Shown here: positions 50,868 to 61,191 of the stretch, in pieces
How positions within the stretch are numbered: position 1 is the stretch's first letter
Layout of the letters: the number at the start of each line of letters is the position of its first letter
Assembly: GCA_041937175.2 (NCBI GenBank)
Contig: CP166615.1
Span: 4,096,001 to 4,160,000 of the forward strand
Source: Limnothrix sp. BL-A-16
Lineage (GTDB): Bacteria > Cyanobacteriota > Cyanobacteriia > CACIAM-69d
Direction of reading: 5' to 3'
Length of the DNA: 64,000 bases
Notes under the pieces: model-generated
Told to the model about the DNA's origin: nothing
Database searches by the model: none
Seen by the model: the letters and a program-made list of their open reading frames with translations, nothing else
Program-made: the position numbers and the translations under genes

Positions 50868-52685
50868 ATGAGCGAAGCAGCGGTGCGACCGGCCAAAATT
50901 ACGCGAGTGTTGCCCGGATCAATTGCCCAAGAGGTGGGGTTTGAAGTGGGCGATCGGTTAGTGGCCATCAATGGCCAAAAACCCCGAGACCTGATTGATT
51001 ACAACTTTCTCTGTGCCGATGAGGTGTTGGAGTTGGAAGTGCTGGATCAGCACGATCGCACCCATATTGTTGAAATTGAAAAGGACTATGACGACGAGTT
51101 GGGCTTGGAATTTGAAGCGGCCCTGTTTGATGGTCTGATTCAGTGCAATAACCGCTGTCCCTTTTGTTTTATTGATCAGCAGCCGCCCGGTAAACGCGCA
51201 TCGCTTTATTACAAAGATGATGATTATCGGTTGAGTTTTCTCTATGGCTCCTATCTCACCCTCACCAATTTGACGCAGCGGGAATGGGATCGCATTGAGC
51301 GGCTGCGGTTGTCGCCTCTGTTTGTTTCGGTGCATTCCACGGAACCCGAGGTGCGATCGCGCTTGCTGAAAAATCCCCGGGCGGGCGAGATCATGAACCA
51401 GTTAGCTTGGTTCCGCGATCGGCGCTTGCAAATTCACGCTCAAGTGGTGCTTTGTCCTGGCATTAATGACGGGGTGCATTTGGCGCGAACCATTCACGAT
51501 TTGGCCAGCTTCTATGGATCGCCTGCGGGGCAATCTGGGCCCGGTCGGCGGGCCAAGCCGGCCCTGGCCGACCAAGCCGTGGTCGGGGGGGGTTGGGCCA
51601 TTTCCGAGAAGGTGACGTTGCTGGCGGGCCGATCGCCGGGGGCCGATTCGGGGGCGATCGAATCTGAATCGCTCGATCGGGTGACGGTGATCGATCGCCT
51701 CGACGGTTCAGAACCGGCAGAGTTGGATCTGTCTGACCCGAATGTTTTTGACCCAGATGCTTTTGATCCAGATGTGTTCGATCCGCGATCGCAACCCATC
51801 GGCCTAACAGATTGGGATCCAGAAGGAGATCAGGCCGATGAGGATGACCAGTGGGATGAGGCCGATGGGTTCGATCGGGCCGCTTGGGATGATCAGGACT
51901 TCGATGATTTCAATGACGATCTAGATAGTGACCAAGATGAAGATGAAGTAGAACCCCATCGCCCAACGGTCACCTCTGTGGCGATCGTGCCAGCGGGGCT
52001 AACGCAATTCCGCCCGGCCGACGATGAGCTACAGCCCGTCACCCCCGCCAAAGCCTGCGAAGTCATTGCCCAGGTGCGATCGCTCCAGCAAACCTTTCGC
52101 CAAACCCTCGGTTCCACGTTTGTTTGGTTGGCCGATGAGTGGTTCCTGATTGCGGGTCAGGATTTGCCGGAAATGGTTGAGTACGAAGATTTTCCGCAAA
52201 TTGACAATGGCGTGGGTTCCATCCGGCTGTTTGTGGATCAGTTTGAACGGGCCCTGGCGGCGAACCCGGTGCGTGCAACCCCCTTTCCCCGCCGCCTCAC
52301 CTGGGTGGTGGGGAACACGGTGGAGCGGCCCTTCAGTGGTTTGGTGCGCCAGCTCAATCAAATTTCAGGGCTAACGGTGCAGTTGGCGGCCCTGAACTCG
52401 GACTATTGGGGCCAAACCATGACCGTCACCGGCTTGCTGACGGGCCAGGATTTGGTGCAAAAGTTGACGGGCCAAGACTTGGGGGATGCGTTGTTGCTGC
52501 CGTCGTTGATGTTGCGCCATGGTGAACAGCGCTTTTTGGACGATATGACGCTGCAAGCGGTGAGCGATCGGCTGCAAGTCCCGATCGTGATTGTCACCAG
52601 CGCTGAAGCGGTGATTGAACAAGCGGTGGCCGCCGCTTGGCCCCAAGCGATCGCCCCCCAAGCGCCCAGTGATTTGCTGGCGTAG
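50868..52685 (+). CDS. PDZ + radical SAM + DUF512 protein (TIGR03279-like) with large acidic insertion
   Basis: N-terminal PDZ, CNNRCPFCFIDQ, YKDDDYRLSFLYG, ADEWF, QIDNGVG, VTGLLTGQD. Confidence 0.88.
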   Translation: MSEAAVRPAKITRVLPGSIAQEVGFEVGDRLVAINGQKPRDLIDYNFLCADEVLELEVLDQHDRTHIVEIEKDYDDELGLEFEAALFDGLIQCNNRCPFCFIDQQPPGKRASLYYKDDDYRLSFLYGSYLTLTNLTQREWDRIERLRLSPLFVSVHSTEPEVRSRLLKNPRAGEIMNQLAWFRDRRLQIHAQVVLCPGINDGVHLARTIHDLASFYGSPAGQSGPGRRAKPALADQAVVGGGWAISEKVTLLAGRSPGADSGAIESESLDRVTVIDRLDGSEPAELDLSDPNVFDPDAFDPDVFDPRSQPIGLTDWDPEGDQADEDDQWDEADGFDRAAWDDQDFDDFNDDLDSDQDEDEVEPHRPTVTSVAIVPAGLTQFRPADDELQPVTPAKACEVIAQVRSLQQTFRQTLGSTFVWLADEWFLIAGQDLPEMVEYEDFPQIDNGVGSIRLFVDQFERALAANPVRATPFPRRLTWVVGNTVERPFSGLVRQLNQISGLTVQLAALNSDYWGQTMTVTGLLTGQDLVQKLTGQDLGDALLLPSLMLRHGEQRFLDDMTLQAVSDRLQVPIVIVTSAEAVIEQAVAAAWPQAIAPQAPSDLLA

Positions 52686-53011
52686 GAGTTTCGGGACTCG
52701 GGGGAGCGAGCCGGCCGATTCTGTAGGCCAGCCGCTAGACTAACCAGTATGCTTTTTGAGGCACAACCTCGATTCGATCCTGGTTCGACTCGGTTCGATC
52801 GAGCATCCACTGCGCAAGGCCATTCAACCGACGCTGGCAACCCCCCACAGGGAGCAATTCCTCCCTGAACTTTCGGGCCCCCGAACTTTCGGGAGTTGGC
52901 AGCGTCTGCTGGTGACTATGCGAGCAATAGGCGAGTAATTACGAACTTTGCACCAGTGGCAGCCGTCAAAACAGCCGGTTTTAGGCGTGAGGAGCGAAGC
53001 AAGTTTTGGTT

Positions 53012-54988
53012 ATGAAGATTGCCCATCGAGCGATCGCCACGGGTTTAGGGGTTACCGTCGCGTTGTGTTGTTTGTGGGCGGATGCCGCCCGCGCCGAGTC
53101 GGTGGAAGCGGATGCGGCCGCCACCTTGGCTGAAGCTGATCATGTCATAGCCGACAAGTCCCCTACTTCGCCACCGGACTCAGCCGCCGCAACCGGTTCT
53201 GAATCTGCTGAATCTGCTGAATCGCCTCATTCGCCTGTTAATTCGCTGAATTTGCCGAAGCCAGCTAAACCGGCCAAACCGGTTGCGGGTGTGGTGGCCA
53301 CCGCAGTTCCGATCGCTGCCGACCGTGATCAGGAGCTGATCGCCCAAGAATCAGCCAGTCAAGAGCAAGCCAGTCCAGAGCAAGCGCTTGCAGCAGATTC
53401 CCCCAGGGCCGACGCTTCCGAGTCGATCGGGGGAGATTCGGCTCCCGTTGCCCAAGCGAATGATAGTTCCAGTAATCCCGATCCGTTGGGAAATGTGCCC
53501 TCTGCGCCTGGTTCCTTGGGCGATCGGCCCGAAGGCAACACAGAAGCGGATGAGCTGGTGATCCAACGGCTGGAATCTGATCCAAACCCGCTGCAATTTC
53601 CCACCCTGCCGGAAGAAGTGCGGATCCTGTTGACCCAGCCGATTACCCTTGAGCAGGCCCTGGAAATTGGCCGTCGCAATAACCGAGATCTGCGCCAGGC
53701 CTATCTCAGCATCGAAAGCAGCCGGGCCCAACTGCGGCAGGCGATCGCCGCCAACTATCCCCAATTGCGGTTCTCCTCCTCCCTCACGGATTCGCTCACG
53801 GCCGGCAGCCGCTTGAACCTGTTGTTGCAAAACCGAACTGCCCGCCGTCTCGGCAACTTTGGGGGCCAGGTGGACATTGACACCCAGGATCAGTTCACCT
53901 GGAGCAGCGCTCTGGAACTGAGCTACAACATCTACACTTCGGGACTGCGGCCCGCGAACATTGCCGCCGCCCAAGCCCAGTTGCGAGCCACTGAGTTAGC
54001 CCTCGAAGCCACCTTTGAGGATTTGCGGCGCGACATCACCGATAGCTACTACCGGCTGCAACAGGAAAACGAGCAGCTCAAAATTGACCAATCGGCGGTC
54101 AAGTTTCGGGAGCAAAGCGTGAAGGATGCCCAAGCCTTGGAGAAGGCTGGGTTGGGAACGCGGTTTGAGGTGCTGCAAGCGGAAGTGGAATTGGCCAACG
54201 ATCGCCAGTTGGTGGTGCAAACGCGCGATCGACAAACCCAGCGCCGCCGGGAGCTGGCCCGGTTGTTGAGTTTGCCGGAGGCGATCGACATCCAAACCGC
54301 TGACCCGATCGCGAAGGCGGGAGAATGGACGCTGCCCCTCGAAGACAGCATCGTGTTGGCCTATCGCAACCGCGCAGAAATTGAACAGCAACTGGCCCAG
54401 CGAGAACTGAACAGCGCCCAACGGCGGGCCCGGTTGTCTCAGTTGGGGCCCCAGCTCAGTGCCTTTGCTCGTTATGAGCTGCTGGATGTGATTCAGCCCG
54501 ATGACGACTTCAGCTTGGTCAGTGGCTATTCCACGGGTTTGCAGTTGCAATGGACGCTGTTTGACGGCGGAGCGGCCCGGGCCCAGGCTCGTCAGGAGTC
54601 GGTAGCGATCGAGCAGGCCGAAAACGGTGTGGGCCGGGCGCGCGATCGAATTCGGTTTGAAGTGGAGGTGGCCTACTCCAACCTGCAAGCCAACGCCGAA
54701 AACATTCAAACCTCCCTCAAGGCGATCGAGTCAGCCCAAGAGGAAGTGCGCTTGGCGCGGCTTCGGTTCCAGGCCGGCGTGGGCACACAGACCGATCGAC
54801 TCAACGCAGAAACCCGCCTCACCCGGGCGCGGGGTAACGTGCTGATTGCGATTATTGGCTACAACCGCGCGTTGGCCGCCCTCAACCGCGCCGTCAGCAA
54901 TCTGCCGCCGGGTACGATTCAACCGGTTCCGGAACCGATTCAACTGCCTGAACTAATCGATGCACCGACGGGCCCTACTACTCCGTAG
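53012..54988 (+). CDS. TolC-family outer membrane efflux protein
   Basis: Signal peptide, low-complexity linker, two OEP repeats (GLGTRFEVLQA; RLRFQAGVGTQTD). Confidence 0.9.
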   Translation: MKIAHRAIATGLGVTVALCCLWADAARAESVEADAAATLAEADHVIADKSPTSPPDSAAATGSESAESAESPHSPVNSLNLPKPAKPAKPVAGVVATAVPIAADRDQELIAQESASQEQASPEQALAADSPRADASESIGGDSAPVAQANDSSSNPDPLGNVPSAPGSLGDRPEGNTEADELVIQRLESDPNPLQFPTLPEEVRILLTQPITLEQALEIGRRNNRDLRQAYLSIESSRAQLRQAIAANYPQLRFSSSLTDSLTAGSRLNLLLQNRTARRLGNFGGQVDIDTQDQFTWSSALELSYNIYTSGLRPANIAAAQAQLRATELALEATFEDLRRDITDSYYRLQQENEQLKIDQSAVKFREQSVKDAQALEKAGLGTRFEVLQAEVELANDRQLVVQTRDRQTQRRRELARLLSLPEAIDIQTADPIAKAGEWTLPLEDSIVLAYRNRAEIEQQLAQRELNSAQRRARLSQLGPQLSAFARYELLDVIQPDDDFSLVSGYSTGLQLQWTLFDGGAARAQARQESVAIEQAENGVGRARDRIRFEVEVAYSNLQANAENIQTSLKAIESAQEEVRLARLRFQAGVGTQTDRLNAETRLTRARGNVLIAIIGYNRALAALNRAVSNLPPGTIQPVPEPIQLPELIDAPTGPTTP

Positions 54989-55437
54989 GAAGTTGGGCCG
55001 GCCTGCGTCTGCATTCCAGCGGCTCGGGATCGATCAAATTTGAACGGCCTTGTTTAAGCTGTCTTGTTTAAACAGGCTTTTGGTCAATAGCCTTGCGTCT
55101 CGGGGGCGATCGGGCCGAGGTCGGTTTTTTCGACTCTCTGCCACGATTGCTCCTGAGGCGCTCGCATTACACTGGGGTAGCTCAACAAACTGCAACATCT
55201 TGCAATGATCTTGCAATCTTTCACCGATTGCCTTTGCCTTCACTGCATTTGTTGCATCTGTTGTGTCCCTTGCTGGTAAGTACTGCACCTGTGTTTGGGC
55301 AGATCCGTTGCATCGGCCGCGGTTCTCACCCCTGCCCGATCGCCCTGCCCGCCGCACGAGTTCCCGGTTCCCAGCAAAGACCCACAATTTCCCCTGAGCT
55401 ACTACGCCCCGTCAGCGAGTCCCTTTCCCAACACCCT

Positions 55438-55734
55438 ATGGGCACTATTCACTTCGTTAACGAAAACAAGGACGTAATCGCCGCCACCGGTTCCAACCTG
55501 CGAATCAAGGCGATCGAGAACGGCATTGATATCTATAAGCTGTACGGCAAAATGATGAACTGCGGTGGCTATGGCCAATGTGCCACCTGCGTTGTTGAAA
55601 TTGTGGAAGGGATGGAAAACCTGTCCGATCGGACGGATTTTGAAAATCGCACCCTGCGCAAGAAGCCCGACAATTACCGTTTGGCTTGCCAGGTGTTGGT
55701 GAATGGCCCCGTAAGCGTGCGTACTAAGCCCTAG
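55438..55734 (+). CDS. [2Fe-2S] ferredoxin
   Basis: [11 protein letters not shown]...RLACQ. The ATG at 55438 lies within the longer track ORF. Confidence 0.92.
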   Translation: MGTIHFVNENKDVIAATGSNLRIKAIENGIDIYKLYGKMMNCGGYGQCATCVVEIVEGMENLSDRTDFENRTLRKKPDNYRLACQVLVNGPVSVRTKP

Positions 55735-56405
55735 CACCGACTCGCAAACCCGGTTCTCCTGGGGGCTTTTGTGGCGATCGAATGAGATCCAGTGCGATCA
55801 AATGAAATCAAAATGAAGTTAGATCAATGCGATCAAAATAGAAGTCAAGAGGCGCACCCTTGCGTCTGAGGCGATCGGGTTGCAAGAATCAGTCAAGGCA
55901 ACCTCAGCCGCCCGAGAACACCTTTTGGTAGTTTCTGGCTTTGGCAGTTTTGGGGTCAATCAACGGCTAAGTACAGCCCGAAGAGTTGACAACCACCGAG
56001 GGTAAAAGCGTTTCCTAGCGTTTTTCCTTCGGTGTTCGCATTTTGGGGAGCTGATCGATTTTTTCCAGTCGCCTGGAGGAGAAGGATCCGGAATTGGGGG
56101 GCGATCGCTCCGCACTGATTGTGGCCATTCGCCGCGAAGACTGACAGCCCGCTTGCTAGTTTCGCGAGTCTTCCCCTCTCAACGCCACCCCAGCACCACC
56201 CCAATGCCATCAAAGTTGACTGGATTTGATCGAACTTGATCTAATCTTCCTGATCTTCCCGATCGCTGATGAAATCAGGGGTTTCAGACCCTCCTTAACC
56301 GTAATTTTCGAGAATCTTTTCCAAGACTCGGTTTCGCCTCTTGTCGGTTCGATCTATAATCGCCACAGGAAGTGTACTGACTCAGTAACACTTTCACTGG
56401 TATCG

Positions 56406-56414
56406 GTGTGAGGA
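56406..56414 (+). promoter_or_regulatory. Yfr1 sRNA target-like site over the porin RBS
   Basis: GTGTGAGGA is complementary to the Yfr1 core ACUCCUCACAC and lies 7 nt before the ATG. Confidence 0.6.
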
Positions 56415-56421
56415 AACGCGA

Positions 56422-58032
56422 ATGAAACTGTTCTGGAATGCACTGCGCCTGAGCCCGGCTGCTGCTGGCCTCTCGCTGTTGCTCGCTCAAGGCGCTTTTG
56501 CCGGCGAAGCAACGACCCAAACCAATATTGACGCTAGCCCTTCGGCGATCGAGCTTGGTCTGCAAGACGATCTCGCCAGCATGGACCAAGTGACCTCAGT
56601 GTCGCAACTGTCCGACGTGCAACCCACTGATTGGGCTTTCCAAGCGCTGCAATCGCTGGTTGAGCGTTATGGTTGCATCGCCGGTTATCCGGATGGCACC
56701 TTCAAGGGCAACCGCCCCCTGAGCCGCTACGAGTTTGCCGCCGGTTTGAATGCTTGCCTCGATCGGATCAACGACCTGATCAAGGCAGCTACCGATCCCT
56801 TGGCCACCAAGGAAGATCTGCGCAAGCTGCAAAAGCTGCAAGAAGAATTCGCCGCTGAATTGGCTGCCCTGCGCGGTCGTGTGGATGCCCTCGAAGCCCG
56901 CACCTCTGAGCTGGAAGCTAACCAATTCTCCACCACCACCAAGCTGACCGGTGAAGTGGTGATGGCCGTGGCCGCTGGCCTGTCGGACGTGGTCGGTGAT
57001 GACGACAACGACGAAGCGGACAACGCCACCTTCTCGCACCGCGTGCGCTTGAACTTCAACACCAGCTTCACGGGTAAGGACTTGCTCCGCACCCGTCTGC
57101 AAGTGGGTAACGTGCCTCGTTACTACAGCAGCGAGACCAACATGGCTCGTTTGGCTTGGGAATCGAACACCAGCAACAACTTCATCCTGGATGAGTTGTA
57201 CTACCGCTTCCCCCTGAACAGCGCCAACACCTGGCGCGCTTTCGTGGGTACGACCGGTCTGGACATCGACGATATCCACTACACCGCCAACCCCCTGTTG
57301 GAATCCTCGGCTGATGGCGCTCTGTCGCGCTTCGGTCGCTACAACCCCTTGTTCCGTCAGCCCCAAGGCGCTGGTATCGGTGTGAACTACAAGGGTGAAC
57401 GTTTCCGCTTTGCCGCCAGCTACCTGGCCAGCGAAGCCAACGATCCCCAAACCGGTGCTGGTTTGTTCGACGGTAGCTACAGCGCTGCTGCGAGCTTGTA
57501 CTACTCCCCCAGCAAGACTTGGGATATCGGTCTGCTGTATGCCTACGCTTACCACAGCACCGATGCTCGCACCCGTCCGAGCTTGACCGGTGGTACCGGC
57601 AGCTTCCTGGGCGACAACCCCTTCGGTGATCCCACCAGCGCTCACAACGTGGGCGTGCAAACCACCGCGAAGCTGAGCAAGAACTTCGTGCTGAGCGGCT
57701 GGGCCGGCTGGACGTTTGCTAACGCTGAAGATAACGGCGATGGCAACGCTGACCTGTTCAACTGGGCTTTGACCTTCGCGTTCCCCGACCTGTTCAAGGA
57801 AGGCAGCGTTGGCGCTCTGATTGTGGGCCAACAGCCTAACCTGTACAACGCCGACAATACTGTTAGTGGCGAAGATGATGACAATTCCTGGCACATCGAA
57901 GCCCTGTACAAGTTTGCGGTTAACGACAACATCTCGATCACCCCTGGTGTGATTGTGGTGACCGACCCCAACAACAACAACGACAACGACACCGCTGTGT
58001 TGGGTGTGTTGCGGACTGTCTTCAAGTTCTAA
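56422..58032 (+). CDS. Cyanobacterial SLH-domain outer membrane porin (SomA/OprB family)
   Basis: QVTSVSQLSDVQPTDWAFQALQSLVERYGC, coiled coil, FSTTTKL, C-terminal Phe. Strong codon bias suggests high expression. Confidence 0.95.
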   Translation: MKLFWNALRLSPAAAGLSLLLAQGAFAGEATTQTNIDASPSAIELGLQDDLASMDQVTSVSQLSDVQPTDWAFQALQSLVERYGCIAGYPDGTFKGNRPLSRYEFAAGLNACLDRINDLIKAATDPLATKEDLRKLQKLQEEFAAELAALRGRVDALEARTSELEANQFSTTTKLTGEVVMAVAAGLSDVVGDDDNDEADNATFSHRVRLNFNTSFTGKDLLRTRLQVGNVPRYYSSETNMARLAWESNTSNNFILDELYYRFPLNSANTWRAFVGTTGLDIDDIHYTANPLLESSADGALSRFGRYNPLFRQPQGAGIGVNYKGERFRFAASYLASEANDPQTGAGLFDGSYSAAASLYYSPSKTWDIGLLYAYAYHSTDARTRPSLTGGTGSFLGDNPFGDPTSAHNVGVQTTAKLSKNFVLSGWAGWTFANAEDNGDGNADLFNWALTFAFPDLFKEGSVGALIVGQQPNLYNADNTVSGEDDDNSWHIEALYKFAVNDNISITPGVIVVTDPNNNNDNDTAVLGVLRTVFKF

Positions 58033-58041
58033 GTTGCAACC

Positions 58042-58116
58042 CCACTGCCGCGTTGAAATAACGGTGTAGTGGCCAATCAAGCTGGGCGGTGATTTTTGAT
58101 CAACTAGCCCAGCTTG
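58042..58116 (+). terminator. Tandem stem-loops after the porin gene
   Basis: CCACTGCCG...CGGTGTAGTGG and AAGCTGGGC...GCCCAGCTT. Confidence 0.5.
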
Positions 58117-58630
58117 TTCAAGGGCAGCTTTTAGAAACAGTGGTTGGCTGAACCTGTTTGCGGGAGCCGGCCTAATCCAAATGAAGCCATTTTCAAAAGA
58201 GTAAGTGTTACCCATGCACTTGCTCTTTTGTTTTGCTTGCTTTTCTGGGTGGGGGCGATCGGGATCCTGAAAACCTCATGGCAGTGCGATCGTTCGGCGT
58301 GCCTTTGCCAGGTTTTCAACGGCTTGCGGAGTGCTTGAGGCATAATGGAAAAAGGTATCCTCTGGTTAGATGTTTGCTCTCGCATTGTGACCACTAGGGT
58401 GACCACGCGCCCAAAGCCAGCGTTTGGCCAGCGGAAATGTTCGTGCGATCGCCCCTGAGGCGGAACTCAGGTTCTGTCAAGGGTTCCACCGGTTCACGGG
58501 TGGAACCAGGGACTTTGCAAATCTGCCATCAGCCAGATCTTGATTCACTACCAGCGCAGCACCCCTTTGCCATGAGCCAATGCCATGGGCAAATGCGGTA
58601 ACGAGTGCGCGACTTCGAGGGGCAACCTGT

Positions 58631-60001
58631 ATGTCGAAATTTGACTCCCATCTCAAGTGTTCGTTTTGTGGCAAGTCCCAAGAGCAAGTCCGCAAGCTTA
58701 TTGCTGGGCCGGGAGTCTATATCTGCGATGAGTGCGTAGATCTGTGCAATGAAATTTTGGACGAAGAACTCTTCAATGGCGGCACAGCAACCCAAGCGCC
58801 GCCTCGTCCTGAACCGGCTGAGCGGACTCGCACCCGCACTCCCCGCACCACGCCCCATCGGGTCTTGAAGCCCCGGGAAATCAAGAAATACCTTGATGAC
58901 CACGTTATTGGCCAAGACGAAGCCAAAAAAGTCTTGTCAGTGGCGGTTTATAACCACTACAAACGGTTAGCCTGCTTGCAGGAAGCCGAAAATGGTCAGG
59001 GATCCGCAATAGCTCCCGGTAATCCTAGTGCGCCTGCTTTGGATGATGGGGTGGAACTCCAAAAGTCCAACATTTTGCTGATGGGCCCCACGGGCTGTGG
59101 CAAGACGCTGCTGGCTCAGACCTTAGCCAAAATTTTGGACGTGCCCTTTGCGGTGGCCGATGCCACAACCCTGACGGAGGCGGGCTACGTTGGGGAAGAT
59201 GTGGAAAATATTCTGCTGCGTCTGTTGCAGGTGGCGGATTTTGACGTGGAGGAGGCCCAGCGCGGCATCATCTACATCGACGAAATTGATAAGGTGGCCC
59301 GCAAGAGCGAAAACCCCTCCATCACGCGCGATGTGTCCGGGGAGGGGGTGCAACAGGCCCTGCTAAAGATGTTGGAAGGGACGGTGGCGAATGTGCCGCC
59401 TCAGGGGGGCCGTAAGCATCCTTACCAAGACTGCATCCAGATCGACACCAGCAATATTTTGTTTATTTGCGGTGGGGCGTTCGTTGGTTTGGAAAAGGTG
59501 GTGGAGCAGCGCACGGGCAAGAAGTCGATGGGCTTTGTGCGAGCGGGCGAAACCCAATCCCGGGAGCAACGCACGGCGGATACTTTGCGCCACCTGGAAC
59601 CGGAAGATCTGGTAAAGTTCGGAATGATTCCGGAGTTTATTGGGCGGGTGCCGGTGCTGGCGGTGGTGGAGCCGTTGGATGAGGAGGCGCTGATCGCGAT
59701 CCTGACGCAGCCGCGTAATGCGCTGGTCAAGCAATATCAAAAGCTGCTGCGGATGGATAATGTGCAACTGACGTTTGAGCCGGATGCGGTGCGGGCGATC
59801 GCCCAGGAGGCCTATCGGCGGCGAACGGGGGCCAGGGCCCTGCGCAGCATTGTGGAAGAGCTGATGCTGGATGTGATGTATGAAGTGCCGTCACGGAAGG
59901 ATTTGACCCGCTGTCTGATTACGCGGCACATGGTGGAGCATCGATCGACTGCGGAGTTGTTGTTGCACCCGTCTTCGCTGCCGAAGCCGGAGTCTGCCTA
60001 G
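58631..60001 (+). CDS. clpX: ATP-dependent Clp protease ATP-binding subunit
   Basis: CSFCGK...CDEC zinc finger, [29 protein letters not shown]. Confidence 0.97.
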   Translation: MSKFDSHLKCSFCGKSQEQVRKLIAGPGVYICDECVDLCNEILDEELFNGGTATQAPPRPEPAERTRTRTPRTTPHRVLKPREIKKYLDDHVIGQDEAKKVLSVAVYNHYKRLACLQEAENGQGSAIAPGNPSAPALDDGVELQKSNILLMGPTGCGKTLLAQTLAKILDVPFAVADATTLTEAGYVGEDVENILLRLLQVADFDVEEAQRGIIYIDEIDKVARKSENPSITRDVSGEGVQQALLKMLEGTVANVPPQGGRKHPYQDCIQIDTSNILFICGGAFVGLEKVVEQRTGKKSMGFVRAGETQSREQRTADTLRHLEPEDLVKFGMIPEFIGRVPVLAVVEPLDEEALIAILTQPRNALVKQYQKLLRMDNVQLTFEPDAVRAIAQEAYRRRTGARALRSIVEELMLDVMYEVPSRKDLTRCLITRHMVEHRSTAELLLHPSSLPKPESA

Positions 60002-60145
60002 CCTGCCCAAGACTGGCACTGGCTCAGCTCATGGGGCTAATGGCTCGATCGAGCCTGATGTTTGGGGGCTTGGCACTCGGTCTCGAGGTTTGATCTTTTG
60101 ATCGATTAACCTTTTTGCATTAACCTTCTTTGCTGCTCTGCAACC

Positions 60146-61000
60146 ATGGCCTATGTGGAGGTGCGCGGAACAGCGCATTATTACGAGTGGATCCGACAGG
60201 GGGGCGCAACGACCCCAACCGGTCGGCCCATTATGGTGTTTTTGCATGGCTGGGGCGGTTCCGGGCGCTATTGGCGATCGACTGCGGCGGCCCTGAGCGA
60301 TCGCTTCGATGCGCTGATTTATGACCTGCGGGGATTTGGCCGATCGCGCTTGCCCCAAAACCACCCTCCGGCCGATTCCCCAGACTACTGGTTGGAGGCC
60401 TATGGGGAAGATCTGATCGCGCTGCTCGATCGCTTGGGTATTACGGAGCCGGTGTATCTCAATGCCCACTCGATGGGGGCTTCGGTGGCCGTGTTGCTGA
60501 TGCGACAATCGCCCGATCGAATTCGGCAAGCCATCCTGACCTGTAGCGGCATTTTTGAATATGACGCGGCGGCCTTTGCGGCCTTTTACCGGTTTGGGGG
60601 CTATGTGGTGCAATTCCGCCCCCCTTGGCTGTCTCGCTTACCCCTAGCGCCACAACTGTTCATGGCGCGGTTTTTGCATCGCTCCATCCCGATCTCGGAG
60701 CAGCGTGCTTTCCTGGAGGACTTCACTCAGGCCGATCGCGCGGCGGCTCTGGGCACGATTTTCACCTCCGTTAGTCTGCGAGCCGTGGAAGAGATGCCCG
60801 CTGCCTTTGCGGCCTTGCCTGTGCCTACCCTGTTGGTGGCGGGACAGTTTGATCAAATCATTCCGCCGCGTTTGGGACAGCAGGCCGCTGCACTCAACCC
60901 TCGCATTACCTACCGCGAGCTGACGGCCACGGGGCATTTTCCAATGCTGGAGGATCCGGAAACTTACCTAGCCACAGTGTGCCAATTCCTGCATGGCTGA
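60146..61000 (+). CDS. Alpha/beta fold hydrolase
   Basis: FLHGWGGS, DLRGFGRS, AHSMG, GHFPMLE. Confidence 0.88.
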   Translation: MAYVEVRGTAHYYEWIRQGGATTPTGRPIMVFLHGWGGSGRYWRSTAAALSDRFDALIYDLRGFGRSRLPQNHPPADSPDYWLEAYGEDLIALLDRLGITEPVYLNAHSMGASVAVLLMRQSPDRIRQAILTCSGIFEYDAAAFAAFYRFGGYVVQFRPPWLSRLPLAPQLFMARFLHRSIPISEQRAFLEDFTQADRAAALGTIFTSVSLRAVEEMPAAFAALPVPTLLVAGQFDQIIPPRLGQQAAALNPRITYRELTATGHFPMLEDPETYLATVCQFLHG

Positions 61001-61191
61001 GGCTAAGGCGGACAAGGGTGTTGTGGGGTGATTCCCCTCAGCTTGCTGGAAGATCGGGCTTTAGAATGTGCCTGAGGGGAGCGGTGGACTCAGGTATCGA
61101 TTAAAACTAGACCGTTCGTCGATTCAGGCTCAGTTTCCCGATCGCCCAATTTTGCCCCCTTGCCTCCGGTGCTCTATCCGGCTTTTGGCCC

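Noticed and set aside
51519..51959. Intein in the radical SAM gene
   Set aside because: No His-Asn C-terminus or splicing blocks; the sequence is low-complexity and acidic.
55093..55437. N-terminal extension of the ferredoxin, or psbM nearby
   Set aside because: The conserved protein starts at ATG 55438, and no PsbM-like peptide was found on inspection of the flanks.
56596..58215. 539-aa antisense ORF over the porin (also the long antisense ORFs over thrC-like, leuA, gmd and pyk)
   Set aside because: These are shadow ORFs caused by codon bias of real genes on the opposite strand; they carry no motifs.
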